From Schizosaccharomyces osmophilus (Eukaryota): a DNA stretch of 64,000 nucleotides. The notes beneath the pieces were generated by a model. It was not told the origin of the DNA. It ran no database searches and saw nothing but the letters and a program-made list of their open reading frames with translations. How positions within the stretch are numbered: position 1 is the stretch's first letter; each line of letters starts with the position of its first letter. The DNA lies in assembly GCF_027921745.1 (NCBI RefSeq), contig NC_079239.1:310001-374000 (forward strand). Reading direction: 5' to 3'. Shown here piece by piece: positions 24,282 through 35,912 of this stretch. The translations under genes and the position numbers were made by a program.

Positions 24282-25861
24282 TTAGCGTTCGCTGTGTCCC
24301 CAATAGAAAATTTCTGAAAAGTTCTTCTCTCTTAGATTAGCAGCTGTACCGTGCAAAGAAGAATTCCAAACACGAACACTTCCGTCATCTGATATGCTTG
24401 CCAACTGATTATCATTTGACCAGTCTACTGCGGTCACATCTTTTGAATGTCCACCTACCAGCATGGCAGACGAGGAGGAATCGTCCCGAGTAGTGTCAAA
24501 AAGTATTGCTCCGCTATTTTCGTTTTGTACACCTCCTCCGCAGGCCAAAGTCGAACCATCAGGACTACAAGCAATTTTCACATAGAAAGAAGAAATCCTC
24601 AATCTCGGGTCATTGTACATTTTATAGGGCCCAGATTCTAAATGCTGAGCAGAGTATTCGTATACTGTGTTGTCTCTTGAAGCAGCATAAACACGATCTC
24701 CTGCGGGCGATGCACAAACACTGGTGATACCATAATCGCGTTTTGATGTTTTACTTCCAGGAGTAGAAGAAAGAGGAAGTGGACGAACTGTGTGGATGTT
24801 CCGAAGATCCCACAATTTAAGTGTAGAGTTTCCAGAACATGAAGACACTACTTGAGAAGTAGAATTGGGCAACCAGACAGCCGACGTAACCGAACAGTCT
24901 CTATTTTGCCTTTCATGAGCTTTTTTTATTTTAAGAACGGGTTTCTGATGATGTTCGCCATCAACAGTTATACCATGAGTTCTCATATCCCAAAAAATGA
25001 GTGATCCATCCCTAGAACAGGTAACTATATTGTAAGGGGAATCGTCACAAAAGTTGACTTGTTTAACCGAGTGAGAATGGTAGCCTTCGAAACCTCTACG
25101 GCCGAGCCTTGTAATGCATTGCTGTGTCGCAAGATCGAACACTTTGGCTGTTTGGTCACCAGAGGATGTAGCGAGCAAAGAATCATCGCTTGAAAAATTA
25201 ACATTAAAAATAGCATTATTATGAGCGAGCCATCCATGAAGCCGACGCGCTAGATTTACAGTTAGGTTGAAGTCTACGATAAAGAATTCTGTAACTTACC
25301 TGACGGTTGATTTTCTTCATTTTGCCGAGCAAAGTATTTGGAATCAAACAATTCTAAAGCACCTGTTTCGGTGCAAACGGCAAGTAACGATTCATTATGT
25401 GCAAATCCAAGGCAAAATGGAAGTTGATTGAGCATCATCAAGCATTCTGAAGGACGAGAATAAAATGTTTCTAAGTTTAGTCTATTTCCAACATGGCCTA
25501 TAATTACCGTTAGTCGTCGTCGATAAAGCATAGTATTGCAAGTGCACTTACGATTTGAAGGAATGCGACTTATGCGAGAACGTGTTCCTCCAAGTTGTCT
25601 AGCTAATAACTCTTTACAAAGCTGACTAGGCTTCTTGGGTGATACGGGAGGCTTGTGTAATTTTTTAGAAGTATCGAATAACACACGTTTCTTTGGTTTC
25701 GTTGATTTCCCGTTGAAGTCCAGAAAATCGTATAATTTATGTTTCTTTGATGTACCAGCAGGCGAGGAATCCGGAGTAGGAGGAAGAGAATTATTTACAG
25801 CCAGAGTAATGTCTTTTAATCCGCCGACATCTTCTGGTATACAGGGTAAATCTAAAACCAT
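24282..25861 (-). CDS. cdt2: WD40 CRL4 substrate receptor Cdt2
   Basis: Exons 25861-25552, 25497-25300, 25249-24282 give 491 aa. WLAHNNAIF, SGDQTA and SSFYVK WD repeats typical of Cdt2/DTL. Confidence 0.93.
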
Positions 25862-25958
25862 GTTGCTTTGTTTATCCAGACAGGCAAATCTATATAAAGT
25901 CTTGTCGTGTGTTCCGGTTTAATTAAGTTGGGTTGGTAGGTATAAGTATATTAAAAAG

Positions 25959-25983
25959 ACGCGTCGCGGATCACGCGACGCGT
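25959..25983. promoter_or_regulatory. Palindromic double MCB (MBF-binding) cassette
   Basis: ACGCGTCGCG-GATCA-CGCGACGCGT, a perfect 10-bp inverted repeat containing two ACGCGT sites, about 100 bp upstream of cdt2. Confidence 0.85.
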
Positions 25984-26046
25984 ACTCAGGTAATGAAGAC
26001 ATTTCATTGTTACTCGTACACGATGGATAGGGTAACGATATGTAAA

Positions 26047-26057
26047 GTAAACAAACA
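26047..26057 (+). promoter_or_regulatory. FLEX/forkhead site (GTAAACAAACA)
   Basis: Full FLEX core in the cdt2-psc3 divergent promoter. Confidence 0.55.
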
Positions 26058-26332
26058 AACTACAGAAGAATGAAATTTCAACTTTGCTTTTGAAATGTTT
26101 TCTTTAAAGAAAGTGTTATATGAGCAATTATTTTTTTGTTCGGTCTAGTAATCCCGTTCGAATGCTTTAGTTCTCTGAGCGCGTATGACCGGTTCCTTTC
26201 TTTGTACGTATAATAAAGTGTTTTTACTTTAAGGGTAAAAGTTTGATTTTACATATCTTTATGTAATCTTTTTTCTCTTTTTTCTTCCACCTTTTTGAGG
26301 GTTTCGCGAAGTAGGTTATTTTCTTTTATGGG

Positions 26333-26343
26333 ACGCGACGCGT
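26333..26343 (+). promoter_or_regulatory. MCB element (ACGCGACGCGT)
   Basis: Tandem CGCG/ACGCGT about 110 bp upstream of the psc3 ATG. Confidence 0.8.
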
Positions 26344-26454
26344 TTGTCTTTTTCATTACTTCTACGAAACTTTGGCCAACGTTTTTATGCGTTCAGGCCA
26401 CTATAGACTTGGATCCTTAAAAAGTTTAAGAAAATCATAAAAAATTACTAAACT

Positions 26455-29400
26455 ATGTCTCGTTCAGTCACTCCATCTAGTGATGATAATGGAGATGGAG
26501 CTTCATCTCCTATAAGATTGTCTCAGGCAATGGATCCTTTGAGGGATGGTTCAGATTCTTCTTCTGAGGAAGAAAATAGTGACGATGATTACGAAAAAAC
26601 TATAAGTTCAAAAAGAAGGCGGCCTGTTTCCGGAAGAAGCAGAACAGCTAAAAAATCGAAAGCAAGTACATTGGTTGAGGAAGATCACGAAGAGGAGATC
26701 TCTAATAGAATTTATGGTATGCGATGAGCTTTTCTATTCCTTTTTTCTAATTGAAATTGAAGATGACCTGCTAAATGACGCTGCAAGCGTAAGGGACGTA
26801 GTGGTTGAATGGCTTACAAAGTACGAGAAAGACCAGCAAGGTTCTTTGGTTGAGTTGGTCAACTTTATTTTAAAGGTATGTTTTGTGTTACTTTCAAAAC
26901 CTAACATTCAGTGCTGTGCTTGTAATCGAACAGTAAATGAATTTGATGTGCAAGATCAAGAATCTGTCTCCGTAACCCTTTCCCAAATTCAACTCTCAGT
27001 TGAAAAGGTATGTGATGTTTAACTATTGTAGGAATCTTGCTAATATAACCACTTAAGACAACAACGCGTGAATATCCTTTAAATTCAAAAAGTCCTAAAT
27101 TTCGCAACTTTCGGAAAAAACTCTCTCAATTTTTAACTTACTTCGTTTCACAGCTTTCATCTAGAAAATACCTATACGACGATAGCTCTATATTTGAAAA
27201 AATCATGTCCTGGATTGTAGCCATGTCTTCCTCGACAATGAGGCCAATCCGACATACTGCTAGCGTTTTTTGCTTAATTATTATGTCCTCCTTGTGCGAA
27301 GAATCAAGGGAGTTTTTATCTGAGCATGCCATAGCGTCGAAACAGCTGATAAAGGAGGAAAAAAGGGCTCGCCCTAATAATAACCGCATTCAGGAATTGA
27401 GTGATTCGCTTCAGACAATCACGAGGCAACAAGATGTTATATCAGAGTATCTTAATAGTTACTTTGACAGGTAGGTTTTTTAAGAACAATTTCGTCATCT
27501 AATTTTCTAGTGTTTTCGTACATCGATACAGAGATGTTGAGCCGAAGATACGGATTGATTGTCTGAAGGAACTTGGCAATTGGATTAATATAGTTCCCAG
27601 TGTCTTTTTCTCTGGATCCTATTTACGATACCTAGGTTGGATGTTGTCGGATACGAACACAACTGCTCGTCTAACTGTAATTAAAGTTTTGCATAAGATA
27701 TTTGAAACGGAATCTTTTTTTGGAGGTCTCAGGCATTTCACTTCAAGGTTCAAAGAAAGAATTATTGAAATAAGCTGCGTAGATGCCGAAGCTACTGTTC
27801 GTATAGCCTCAATTCGTTTATGTAATACTATCAGAGCATGTGGTTTTTTAGAAGATGAAGAGGTTATGAAATTATCGCAGCTTATTTTGGATGTTAATCC
27901 AAGAATTCAGCGTGAAGCAATACAATTCTTATGTTCTACCGTGCAAGAAGCTACAGGTGAAAAGATAGAATCTTGGGGAGATGAGGAAGCCATTTCTGAG
28001 TCCTTTTCCGAAGAAACCGTTACTTCCTTTGATATTATTTGGGTAAAATATGCTCAGCTCTCGAAAACAGTGGAAGTTTTGCGGGATTTATTCAAAAACG
28101 ATCCCACTGATCTGAAATTGTTCCATGTTTTTCAAAGAAACGTATCAGATTCAACGCCTATAACTCAGACTTTATTGAACGCTTGTAGATTGGATAGTGA
28201 TTATCAGTCATGGGAGAAGATTGCAAGCTATATATTATTTGACGATTACGGTTCCAAGTCTACCGACACGGTCAATGATGTTTTGCAATTCTGCAAACTT
28301 TCTGAAAGTCAAGAATGTATTCTATTGCAACTACTTGCTTCTTCCCTTCTTCATATTTCAGATTCTGAGTTTGTGGTTCCTAAAAAGATTGGAAAGCAGC
28401 AATTAGAGGACAGAAACGAGCTTGAAAAGGATGATGAAAAGGATTTGGTATATTTGAGGATACTGCCTCTGTTGAACAACATTATAGAAAGGGAAGCAGC
28501 TTCTCCTATGTTACTCCATCATACCCTTCGATTGCTTTTTACGCTTGATTTCAAGCAGTATGCACATATGCAGCTTTCAAAGCCTTTTGAAACCCTTTTA
28601 TTGAACCTATCAAAGTTCTTTCTGACAAGTAATAATGCGAATATAATCCAAGATTGCACGGTTGTGTTTTTACGGATGCAGTCCGTTCCGGTTTTAGAGG
28701 AGAGATCGTCCTTCAGAATTACAGAAATGTGCGATCAAAGTGTTCAAGAGTTTTTTGATCTATTCCTTTCGTTCAATTTACGCGAAGGCATTATTACCAA
28801 GGATGATCATTTACGGTTTGAAGCATGTTTGAAGCGTATGGAAGGCTGTACATCAATAAAAAATATAACGGACAATACCCAATATAAAATTATTTATGAC
28901 AAGTTATCAGATATGCTTTCTCGAAATCCTAATGCGCTTGAAGATTCTCTTAAGTTTCCCGCTTTACAATCTCAACAAAGTTTGTTTTTCTGGCTCCTTT
29001 TGCAAGAAGAATCTCTGAATGGCGAACTTATTCGTTCTTCTGGGGAAAAACTTTTTGATTGTTTAATCCTTTTAATTAATGAAGACAGCTCAGGTGTACT
29101 AAAGCTTCAAGCTACACGGGTTTTGTTGGAAGTAATAATTATGGTATCGAGCTTCAAGGCTACTAAGGGGACTGAAAGTGATGAGTTTATCCCTGGTGTA
29201 GAAAGATCGAAAAGCAAAGATATGGTTCGTTCTTTGTTCTCTATTTTACAAGGATGGTTGACTGTCTATGGTAAAATGATTAATGCTTCTCCTATAAAGC
29301 TGGTGGATCAAAAAACAAGTTGGATTCCAATAACCATGCCGACAAATCCATTGAACAGACAATTGTTAGAACAAATATGCTGTGATTTAGTAGGGAAATT

Positions 29401-29530
29401 GCTATTAACGGGTTCTCTTACAAATGTACTCTTAAATGAAGACTGGGAAATATTACAAACTATCAGGGGAAATTTTGGTTCGGCTATAGATATGTTGTTT
29501 GTCGAGTTCAGAGTTGATGAAAGAGTTTAA
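26455..29530 (+). CDS. psc3: Mitotic cohesin subunit Psc3 (Scc3/STAG)
   Basis: Exons 26455-26716, 26763-26875, 26912-27007, 27058-27470, 27511-29530 give about 967 aa. RPIRHTAS and VFVHRYRDVEPKIR..YLRYLGWMLSD STAG motifs. Confidence 0.93.
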
Positions 29531-29644
29531 GTTTTCTTAAATTTTTATATCTTAGAAGCAAAATTAATGAATGTAATGGAATAGTAATACAAATTTATAC
29601 CTTAAGCCCAATTATCCTAAGTAAGCAAGTAACGTATGTGAAGC

Positions 29645-30436
29645 TTACTTTTTTCCCCCGTGCATCATCTCACGATACTTTTGAATTAGTTCTTGGCGCT
29701 CTTGTCCGAGCGCTTGCCGCCTAGCTAGAGACTCAGGCTGGCCTCTGCTATTGAACTTTGGAACATTATCGACTGTAATTTTATTTTTGAGCTTCAGTTC
29801 AGGAAGTTTTGGGGGAGCTTGTACAGTCTCACCAAAAGCAGGTTTTTCTTGAATGCCAGCCCAAGGATCAGGAGAACCTTTGCGTTTTTTACGCGAATCT
29901 ACATGGATAAATTTTCTAAAATGGTTAGCAAAAAACCAAAGATGTCTTTGAAGCATACTTAGAAACATCTTCTTCCCAGTTTTTATCCTCCAAATTTTCC
30001 TCAGCTTCAGTCCGCTCACGTAGGCGTTTTTCTTGAGATTTAAGGATCTTCTTTTTATCTTTCTTATCCGTAAATTCATCAATCGTAGCCTTTCCTGATT
30101 TAAATGCCACTGGGATACTTTGATTCACTCGCAGACTGAATTCACGCATACTTTCGCCTGGTCGTCGCTTCAATTGCTCATTTTTTTGTGGTTTGCTATT
30201 TTTCTTCTCAGGTTCCGCTGGTTTGTTTCGTTTATTTTCAGAGAATTCTTTCATTTTCATGAGTCTTTTAAACGATTTTGGTGTATCATCTTCTAAATTT
30301 TCTTCCTTCTCAGTTGGACCATTGTTGTAGCTATAAATTAGTCGTTAATCCTTATTTTTTAAAAAAAGCTATGTACTTACCCTATTTTTTTTCGCTCGGC
30401 ATCACGAACCGCCTTTTTCTTCGTTTTCGTAGGCAT
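29645..30436 (-). CDS. Conserved basic fungal protein (SPAC607.02c orthologue)
   Basis: Exons 30436-30381, 30330-29959, 29915-29645 give 232 aa. DDTPKSFKRLM, RRPGESMREFSLRV, FGETVQAPP, ERQELIQKYR motifs. Confidence 0.82.
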
Positions 30437-31798
30437 ATTGGTTTTGGGGTGGTACCTTCTGCAATGCAACTATGGGTAACTGCAAATAAATTAAGCATTT
30501 TTATAAAGTAATTATTTCGTTAATTAAATTTATTTTATTTCTCTGAAAATCGTCACTTACTTGGATGAAAAAAAGGTAAACAACCCGAAATAAATTTTAT
30601 TTATTTTAGTAAAAAAGCCTAACAATACCAATTGCGACTTATGGTATGGAAAAGTGAACTAGAAATGTTTAATGTTTTATTTTTATTATTATGTGAGCAT
30701 CCCAAAATCCGGTTTGATACATTATAATGGGACTTTTTGATGATAACCTGCTTGATTTTAGTTGATGACTCTCGCAGGTAAATCACAATATGGTAGCACA
30801 AACCATCTTATGATTAAGAATTGTCTTAATCAAGAACTAGTTGAATGAGATTTGATGATTTGGTACCTATCGAGTTGGCGTTCTTCATTCATACTCTTGA
30901 TATTACTGGCAACAACACTAGTTAGTGGAGACAGCCAAGGACAAGACAAATTAGTTTTAAACAATAAATTCAATAAATGCGTGTGTGTTTGTTCCCGACA
31001 TTTCTGCTTACATCAATTCTGTTTTACTTATTTTTCCTATGAACGAATATAGCTACGGTAAAAGTGACTGTACGAACAGAATAAAAACTTTATTAAACAA
31101 TTTGTTACTATCATTTATCTAAGAGTTTATAGGCTTGCAAAATAGAACTTGCCCTTTATTTACATGGTTTCTATTTATTTTTTAAACATTGTGCTCGACA
31201 ATATGAGGTGACTATGTCACTTAGGTATAGCTATTGCTAGTTTCTGTAGCTGAAGCACCGTTCACCTTCCAGGTTGCTTTTGAAGGAAATCGCTTGATGA
31301 ACAGCTGGAATCAAATCATTTAATTTTTGTTAACTGTTTTCTATAAGTTATTTTTTGATTCACTAGGTTGATACTCATTTGCATAGTCACCTATTTCGAT
31401 TTCTTTTCTTCACTTCAAAAACAGTACATCCATCTTCCTTTTTTTTTTGGCTTTTTAAAAATAAAAAACACAGGTCTTTTACCTAAAATTTGAATTGTCT
31501 TCATAATTGCTGAATGCAGGATCTGATTTTGACTTTGTAATCTGTTTACGAGAAAACTTAGAGCGAAACCATTGTTTTTGGTACACGTTCATTTTAGATC
31601 CTTCTTTTCTTTTATTCTTCGGGTTACTATATTTATTACTACCCATATCTAACCTTACGTATTTTGTCTAATATTTGAATGGTATTATACATCTAATTCC
31701 CCTTCTTTTTTATCCTTATTCCTTCTTTTCTTTTTAATCAGTTCTCGTCGTTTGCCGAGTAATCTTTTGTTTTGGATTTTTAAAATTTGTATTCAGAT

Positions 31799-33193
31799 AT
31801 GTTTCCTTTAGGAAGTGTTGCAGAAACAGCTACTGGAGAACGAGGGTTCGTTCGTTATGTCGGAGAAGTTGAAAGCCGTAAAGGCAACTTTGTTGGATTG
31901 GAGTTATTTCCTGAATACGCGGAATCCGGAAAAAATCGAGGAATCGTTGACGGAAAAGAATATTTCAAGACAAGAAATGGAGATAGAACAGGCATCTTCT
32001 TACCAATCGATAAATGTAAAATAGCCTCCTCTATAGCTGCTTCGCCATCGTCATCTCCGAAAGGTAATGAAAATTACATAGCATCCCCAGCTCCTACTTC
32101 CCTTCCAATGTCTCCCAATCCGCTATCTGCTATCCCAAGATTAACGGCTTTTCCCCCAAATAATAACATGAACGTAAACAGCATCTCATCGACCGCCCTT
32201 ACACCTACGGAGAAAATCCTTCAAAAACGGATTGAAGAGCTGCTCTTTGAGCGTCAGAATCATCAACAACAATTAGAAGAAGTTCTTTCGAGCGTTGATC
32301 AACTTCAAGCGCTAGTCACAAATTTCACAGACCAGCAAGATGAATTAGATGAGTTACGCGAGCGGATCACCATGAAAGAGGAGCGTGTACAACAAATGAG
32401 AGAAGAGGCCTCTCAGAGGCGTCATGATTTTAATTCAACAATCGAATATCTAGAAGACTCTACAACCCGCCTCGTTGAATCTTACGAACATCGAATATCC
32501 GAACTTGAATTCCAATTAGACGCTTATGCAACGGATAAGCAGGGAGATGCATTTTTAAATGTGTGTCAAGAACGGGACGAAGCGTTAAGCCAAATTGAAG
32601 TCTTGGAGGAGCGCCTTGGGAAGGTGCTTAAGTCACGGACGCCTGCAGAAAACGGGTCTGTTCATGGGAAACATCGGAGCATCATTGAGAATGGCTCTCC
32701 AACTTTGACTAACGTTTCATATGAAAGCCATTCTAGGGGCAAAGCATCTCGAGAGTTACCAGAAAACCATCCTCAACGCCGTCAGACACTAGAGTTTTAT
32801 GAAATTGAAATTGAGGTATTACGAAACAAGGCTGAATCCTTGCAGGTCGACTGCGATGAAAAGGGTTACTATATTAGTGAGCTAGAGGCTCGTTTAAGTA
32901 AAACCAGTTTTACTCCATCTGACATGGAACCTAATCACAACTCCACAGCCGAGCGGGAAAAGCTACTCAATCGAATCTCGGAGCTCGAATCTACGATAGA
33001 AAAAATGTCACTTCATGACGATTTTGAAGGTGAAAACCCGTCTTCCCTAAATAATATCCCAACAAATATTATTTCAGAAGATACCGATAATAACTCCGTT
33101 TGGTGTGAAGTCTGTGAAAATTCGAGCCATACGCTAGCTGAATGCCCTACAGTCTTTGGTACAAAGGATGAAGATATACCTTCACTAATTTAA
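31799..33193 (+). CDS. tip1: CLIP-170 family microtubule plus-end protein
   Basis: 464 aa from ATG 31799. CAP-Gly (GFVRYVG..FVGLEL..GKNRG), coiled coil, C-terminal WCEVCE..H....CP zinc knuckle. Confidence 0.93.
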   Translation: MFPLGSVAETATGERGFVRYVGEVESRKGNFVGLELFPEYAESGKNRGIVDGKEYFKTRNGDRTGIFLPIDKCKIASSIAASPSSSPKGNENYIASPAPTSLPMSPNPLSAIPRLTAFPPNNNMNVNSISSTALTPTEKILQKRIEELLFERQNHQQQLEEVLSSVDQLQALVTNFTDQQDELDELRERITMKEERVQQMREEASQRRHDFNSTIEYLEDSTTRLVESYEHRISELEFQLDAYATDKQGDAFLNVCQERDEALSQIEVLEERLGKVLKSRTPAENGSVHGKHRSIIENGSPTLTNVSYESHSRGKASRELPENHPQRRQTLEFYEIEIEVLRNKAESLQVDCDEKGYYISELEARLSKTSFTPSDMEPNHNSTAEREKLLNRISELESTIEKMSLHDDFEGENPSSLNNIPTNIISEDTDNNSVWCEVCENSSHTLAECPTVFGTKDEDIPSLI

Positions 33194-33591
33194 CATGTGT
33201 ATATTTATTACTTTATATGTAACCCTTTTATTTTAAATGAATAATGTTTCATTGATGCTTTGAAAATTTAGACTTCTGTTCAACTTTTCCAGACCTAGCA
33301 AGCTCTATTCTATTGGATATCGTAGCTGTTTTTCTTGATAGGATGGAATTATTACCATAGCCTACAATTGAAATACCGTCGTACATATTGAACGCAAAAG
33401 GAATATTAAAACACATCGTACCGGAAATTTTATTTATCGTTCATAGCTTAAATAAATCATATGTAATAGTAACCATCATTCATCAAAAAATGATTGGACT
33501 CATTGGCAGTCCATATTGTATCAACAAGTGTCATTGATACGTTAAACATCATAGTCCAAAGCTGAGTTGTTAGCAATCGGAAGCACTTGAA

Positions 33592-35013
33592 TCACTGTAT
33601 AAGCTTCAAGTGAGATTTCAAATACTGCTCAGCTTCTTTAGGGCCAGTGCTACCCGCAGGGTAAGGCAAAGGCTCATTAGGGGAATCTAAAATTTCATCG
33701 AAAATACGCCAAGCATACTCGACTTCGTCGTCACGGACAAACTTTGTAGGATCGCCCCTGATAGCATCCTCAAACAAAATTTCATATGCATCCCTTTTGT
33801 TTTTCATCTCTTCCGAGAATTGCTCTTTGAAGTTCAAATTCAAGGAAGCATTCACACAAGTGCGTTCTGAACTCATGGGCTTGTTGGCGAAAGCAGTCAA
33901 AACAACTTCCTGATTTGGCTGAACACTGAATGAAATGTAATGGTCTTGATTCACATCGGTAAAGATACCAGACTCCTTACCTTTCAAGTAATATTTGATT
34001 TCAACTCTTCCTCTCTCCAAGCTTTTTCCAGAATCAAATACAAAAGGAACGCCCTTCCAACGTTCATTGTCTACGAAAAGTGTGGTAGCGACATAGGTGG
34101 TAGCTTTGCTTTCCTTTGAAACACCTTCCAAATCTTTATAACCACCCTTACCGTTACCGGATACATATTGACCTAAGATTGAGTCTTTTAGGGATGCATG
34201 CGAAGTGGCTTTCAAGACTTTAACCTTTTCGTAACGAACATCATCTGGACTTTCAGATTTGGGTTCATCCATAGCGGCCACGGTGAAGATTTGAGACATA
34301 TGGTTTTGGAGAACGTCTCGAACAACACCATTGATGTCGTAGTAGCCCACACGACCATCACAACCACCGCCTTCCCACATAGAAATGTTCACAGACTTGA
34401 CGTGGTGGTTGTTGAGCAAAGCATCCAAACTGTGTGGGTTGGCGAAGCGAAGGGTAGGCAGATTGATGATCATGTCCTTGGCTAAGTAATGATCAATACG
34501 GTAGATTTCGTCTTCGCTCCATTTTTTATGCAAATCTTCTTTGAGTTTGATAGAAGAATCATAGTCTTTACCAAATGGTTTTTCGATGATCATTCTAGTT
34601 CTCCCATCTGGAAGGTAAACATGATCATGAATGAAATTACCTACAGAGACGTAGGCGGAAGGGGGCAAAGCCAAATAGAAGACGCGAAGACCTTTGGATT
34701 GATCGGTGTTCTTTTCTAAGTTTTCAAGGTATTTGTTAAATTCTTTGAAAGAATCTGCCTGGTCGTACTGACCCGTAAAGTAAGAAACTCGGCTGATGAA
34801 TTCGTCATAAAGTTTTGCTTGTTCTTGTTCTGGCTTGATGAAATCTTTTAGAGAGTTTTGAAAATCTGGTTCGGATAGTTTACTTCTGGCATAGCCTACA
34901 ACGTAAAAGGACTGACGGTTGACGCAGTTTCTCGCATAGAGGTTGAAGAGTGCAGGGAAGGTTTTTTGATGGGCTAAATGACCCGAAGCACCAAAGACGA
35001 TAAAACTCACCAT
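33592..35013 (-). CDS. zwf2: Glucose-6-phosphate dehydrogenase paralogue (SPAC3C7.13c orthologue)
   Basis: 473 aa from ATG 35013. FGASG.LA..KTFPAL, EKPFG, YRIDHY, RDVLQNH, RWKGVPF motifs. Confidence 0.88.
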   Translation of the reverse strand: MVSFIVFGASGHLAHQKTFPALFNLYARNCVNRQSFYVVGYARSKLSEPDFQNSLKDFIKPEQEQAKLYDEFISRVSYFTGQYDQADSFKEFNKYLENLEKNTDQSKGLRVFYLALPPSAYVSVGNFIHDHVYLPDGRTRMIIEKPFGKDYDSSIKLKEDLHKKWSEDEIYRIDHYLAKDMIINLPTLRFANPHSLDALLNNHHVKSVNISMWEGGGCDGRVGYYDINGVVRDVLQNHMSQIFTVAAMDEPKSESPDDVRYEKVKVLKATSHASLKDSILGQYVSGNGKGGYKDLEGVSKESKATTYVATTLFVDNERWKGVPFVFDSGKSLERGRVEIKYYLKGKESGIFTDVNQDHYISFSVQPNQEVVLTAFANKPMSSERTCVNASLNLNFKEQFSEEMKNKRDAYEILFEDAIRGDPTKFVRDDEVEYAWRIFDEILDSPNEPLPYPAGSTGPKEAEQYLKSHLKLIQ

Positions 35014-35454
35014 GTTGAGAAATACGGATGTAGGAGTCGAATTCGATCCAAAAAAAGGGAAATAAGAAAGAGAAGAGAAACACTTGATCGTCAATTGACA
35101 GAAAAGAAACTAGACGACAATGGGTTGACGGTGAATGTTAAATCAAAGGAGTGCACAGAACAGGAATAGATTTGCCTTTTATGGCAATAAGAGGACGCAT
35201 GATCCCCGAAAATCAAAGGAACGAAAAGAACGACATGAAATCATAACCAAGCATATTGTATTGGAAATGACGAATTGGTAGACGGATTTTGAAGAAAATA
35301 GGAACCATATGGTTTTCGTCGATGAGCTAGAATTCACATCATGTTACGTTGGGTAGGTGGCAGAAGGCCCATGTAATGCATTATGGTTCATTTCATAAAT
35401 GGGCCTCATCGAACACACAGCAAACAGCATACAACAATGTGCACAGAAGCAAGT

Positions 35455-35462
35455 TTACGTAA
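35455..35462. promoter_or_regulatory. Pap1-type bZIP site TTACGTAA
   Basis: Exact palindrome about 440 bp upstream of the zwf2 ATG. Confidence 0.4.
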
Positions 35463-35530
35463 AACAAACTCGAGCTGGACGACTACCGTATGTATTCGTT
35501 GTGTCTACGATGGTGGATCAGATCAACCTG

Positions 35531-35575
35531 GTGTAGTGTAATGTAGTGTAGAGTAGTAGTGGTAGTAGTGGTAGA
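35531..35575. repeat. GTAGT/GTA-rich microsatellite
   Basis: gtgtagtgtaatgtagtgtagagtagtagtggtagtagtggtag. Confidence 0.6.
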
Positions 35576-35912
35576 AATATGTGAGTTAGTATAGCAGAGT
35601 GTGTTTTGACAATTTTAAGAGACGGTAGCAAGTAGATAATGGATGAAAAGACAAGATGTTTGTTTCAAAAGATTCCCATACAAAAAACAAACGACTCTCT
35701 ACTAGTGAAACACATACACGCACACTGATATGAATATGCTTAGGCTTATTTTACGCTTTTACTGGCACTATTACTAGTTCTTGCTACAAATAAACACTAC
35801 ATACACTAAAACTGACGATCAAAGGATAAAATACAGAAAGGTTTATTTGTTCATTCAGTACCCACTCCAAGAATAAATAGGTAAATCATAACGTTGTAAT
35901 TGCCTCTTCCAT

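Noticed and set aside
30852..31052. 66-aa ORF with a signal-peptide-like, Cys-rich sequence
   Set aside because: Short, in AT-rich intergenic DNA. The Cys-Val run comes from a TG repeat, and there is no splice or homology support.
30956..31187. Three TTAAAC (Mmi1 DSR-like) hexamers
   Set aside because: Low density in very AT-rich DNA, compatible with chance.
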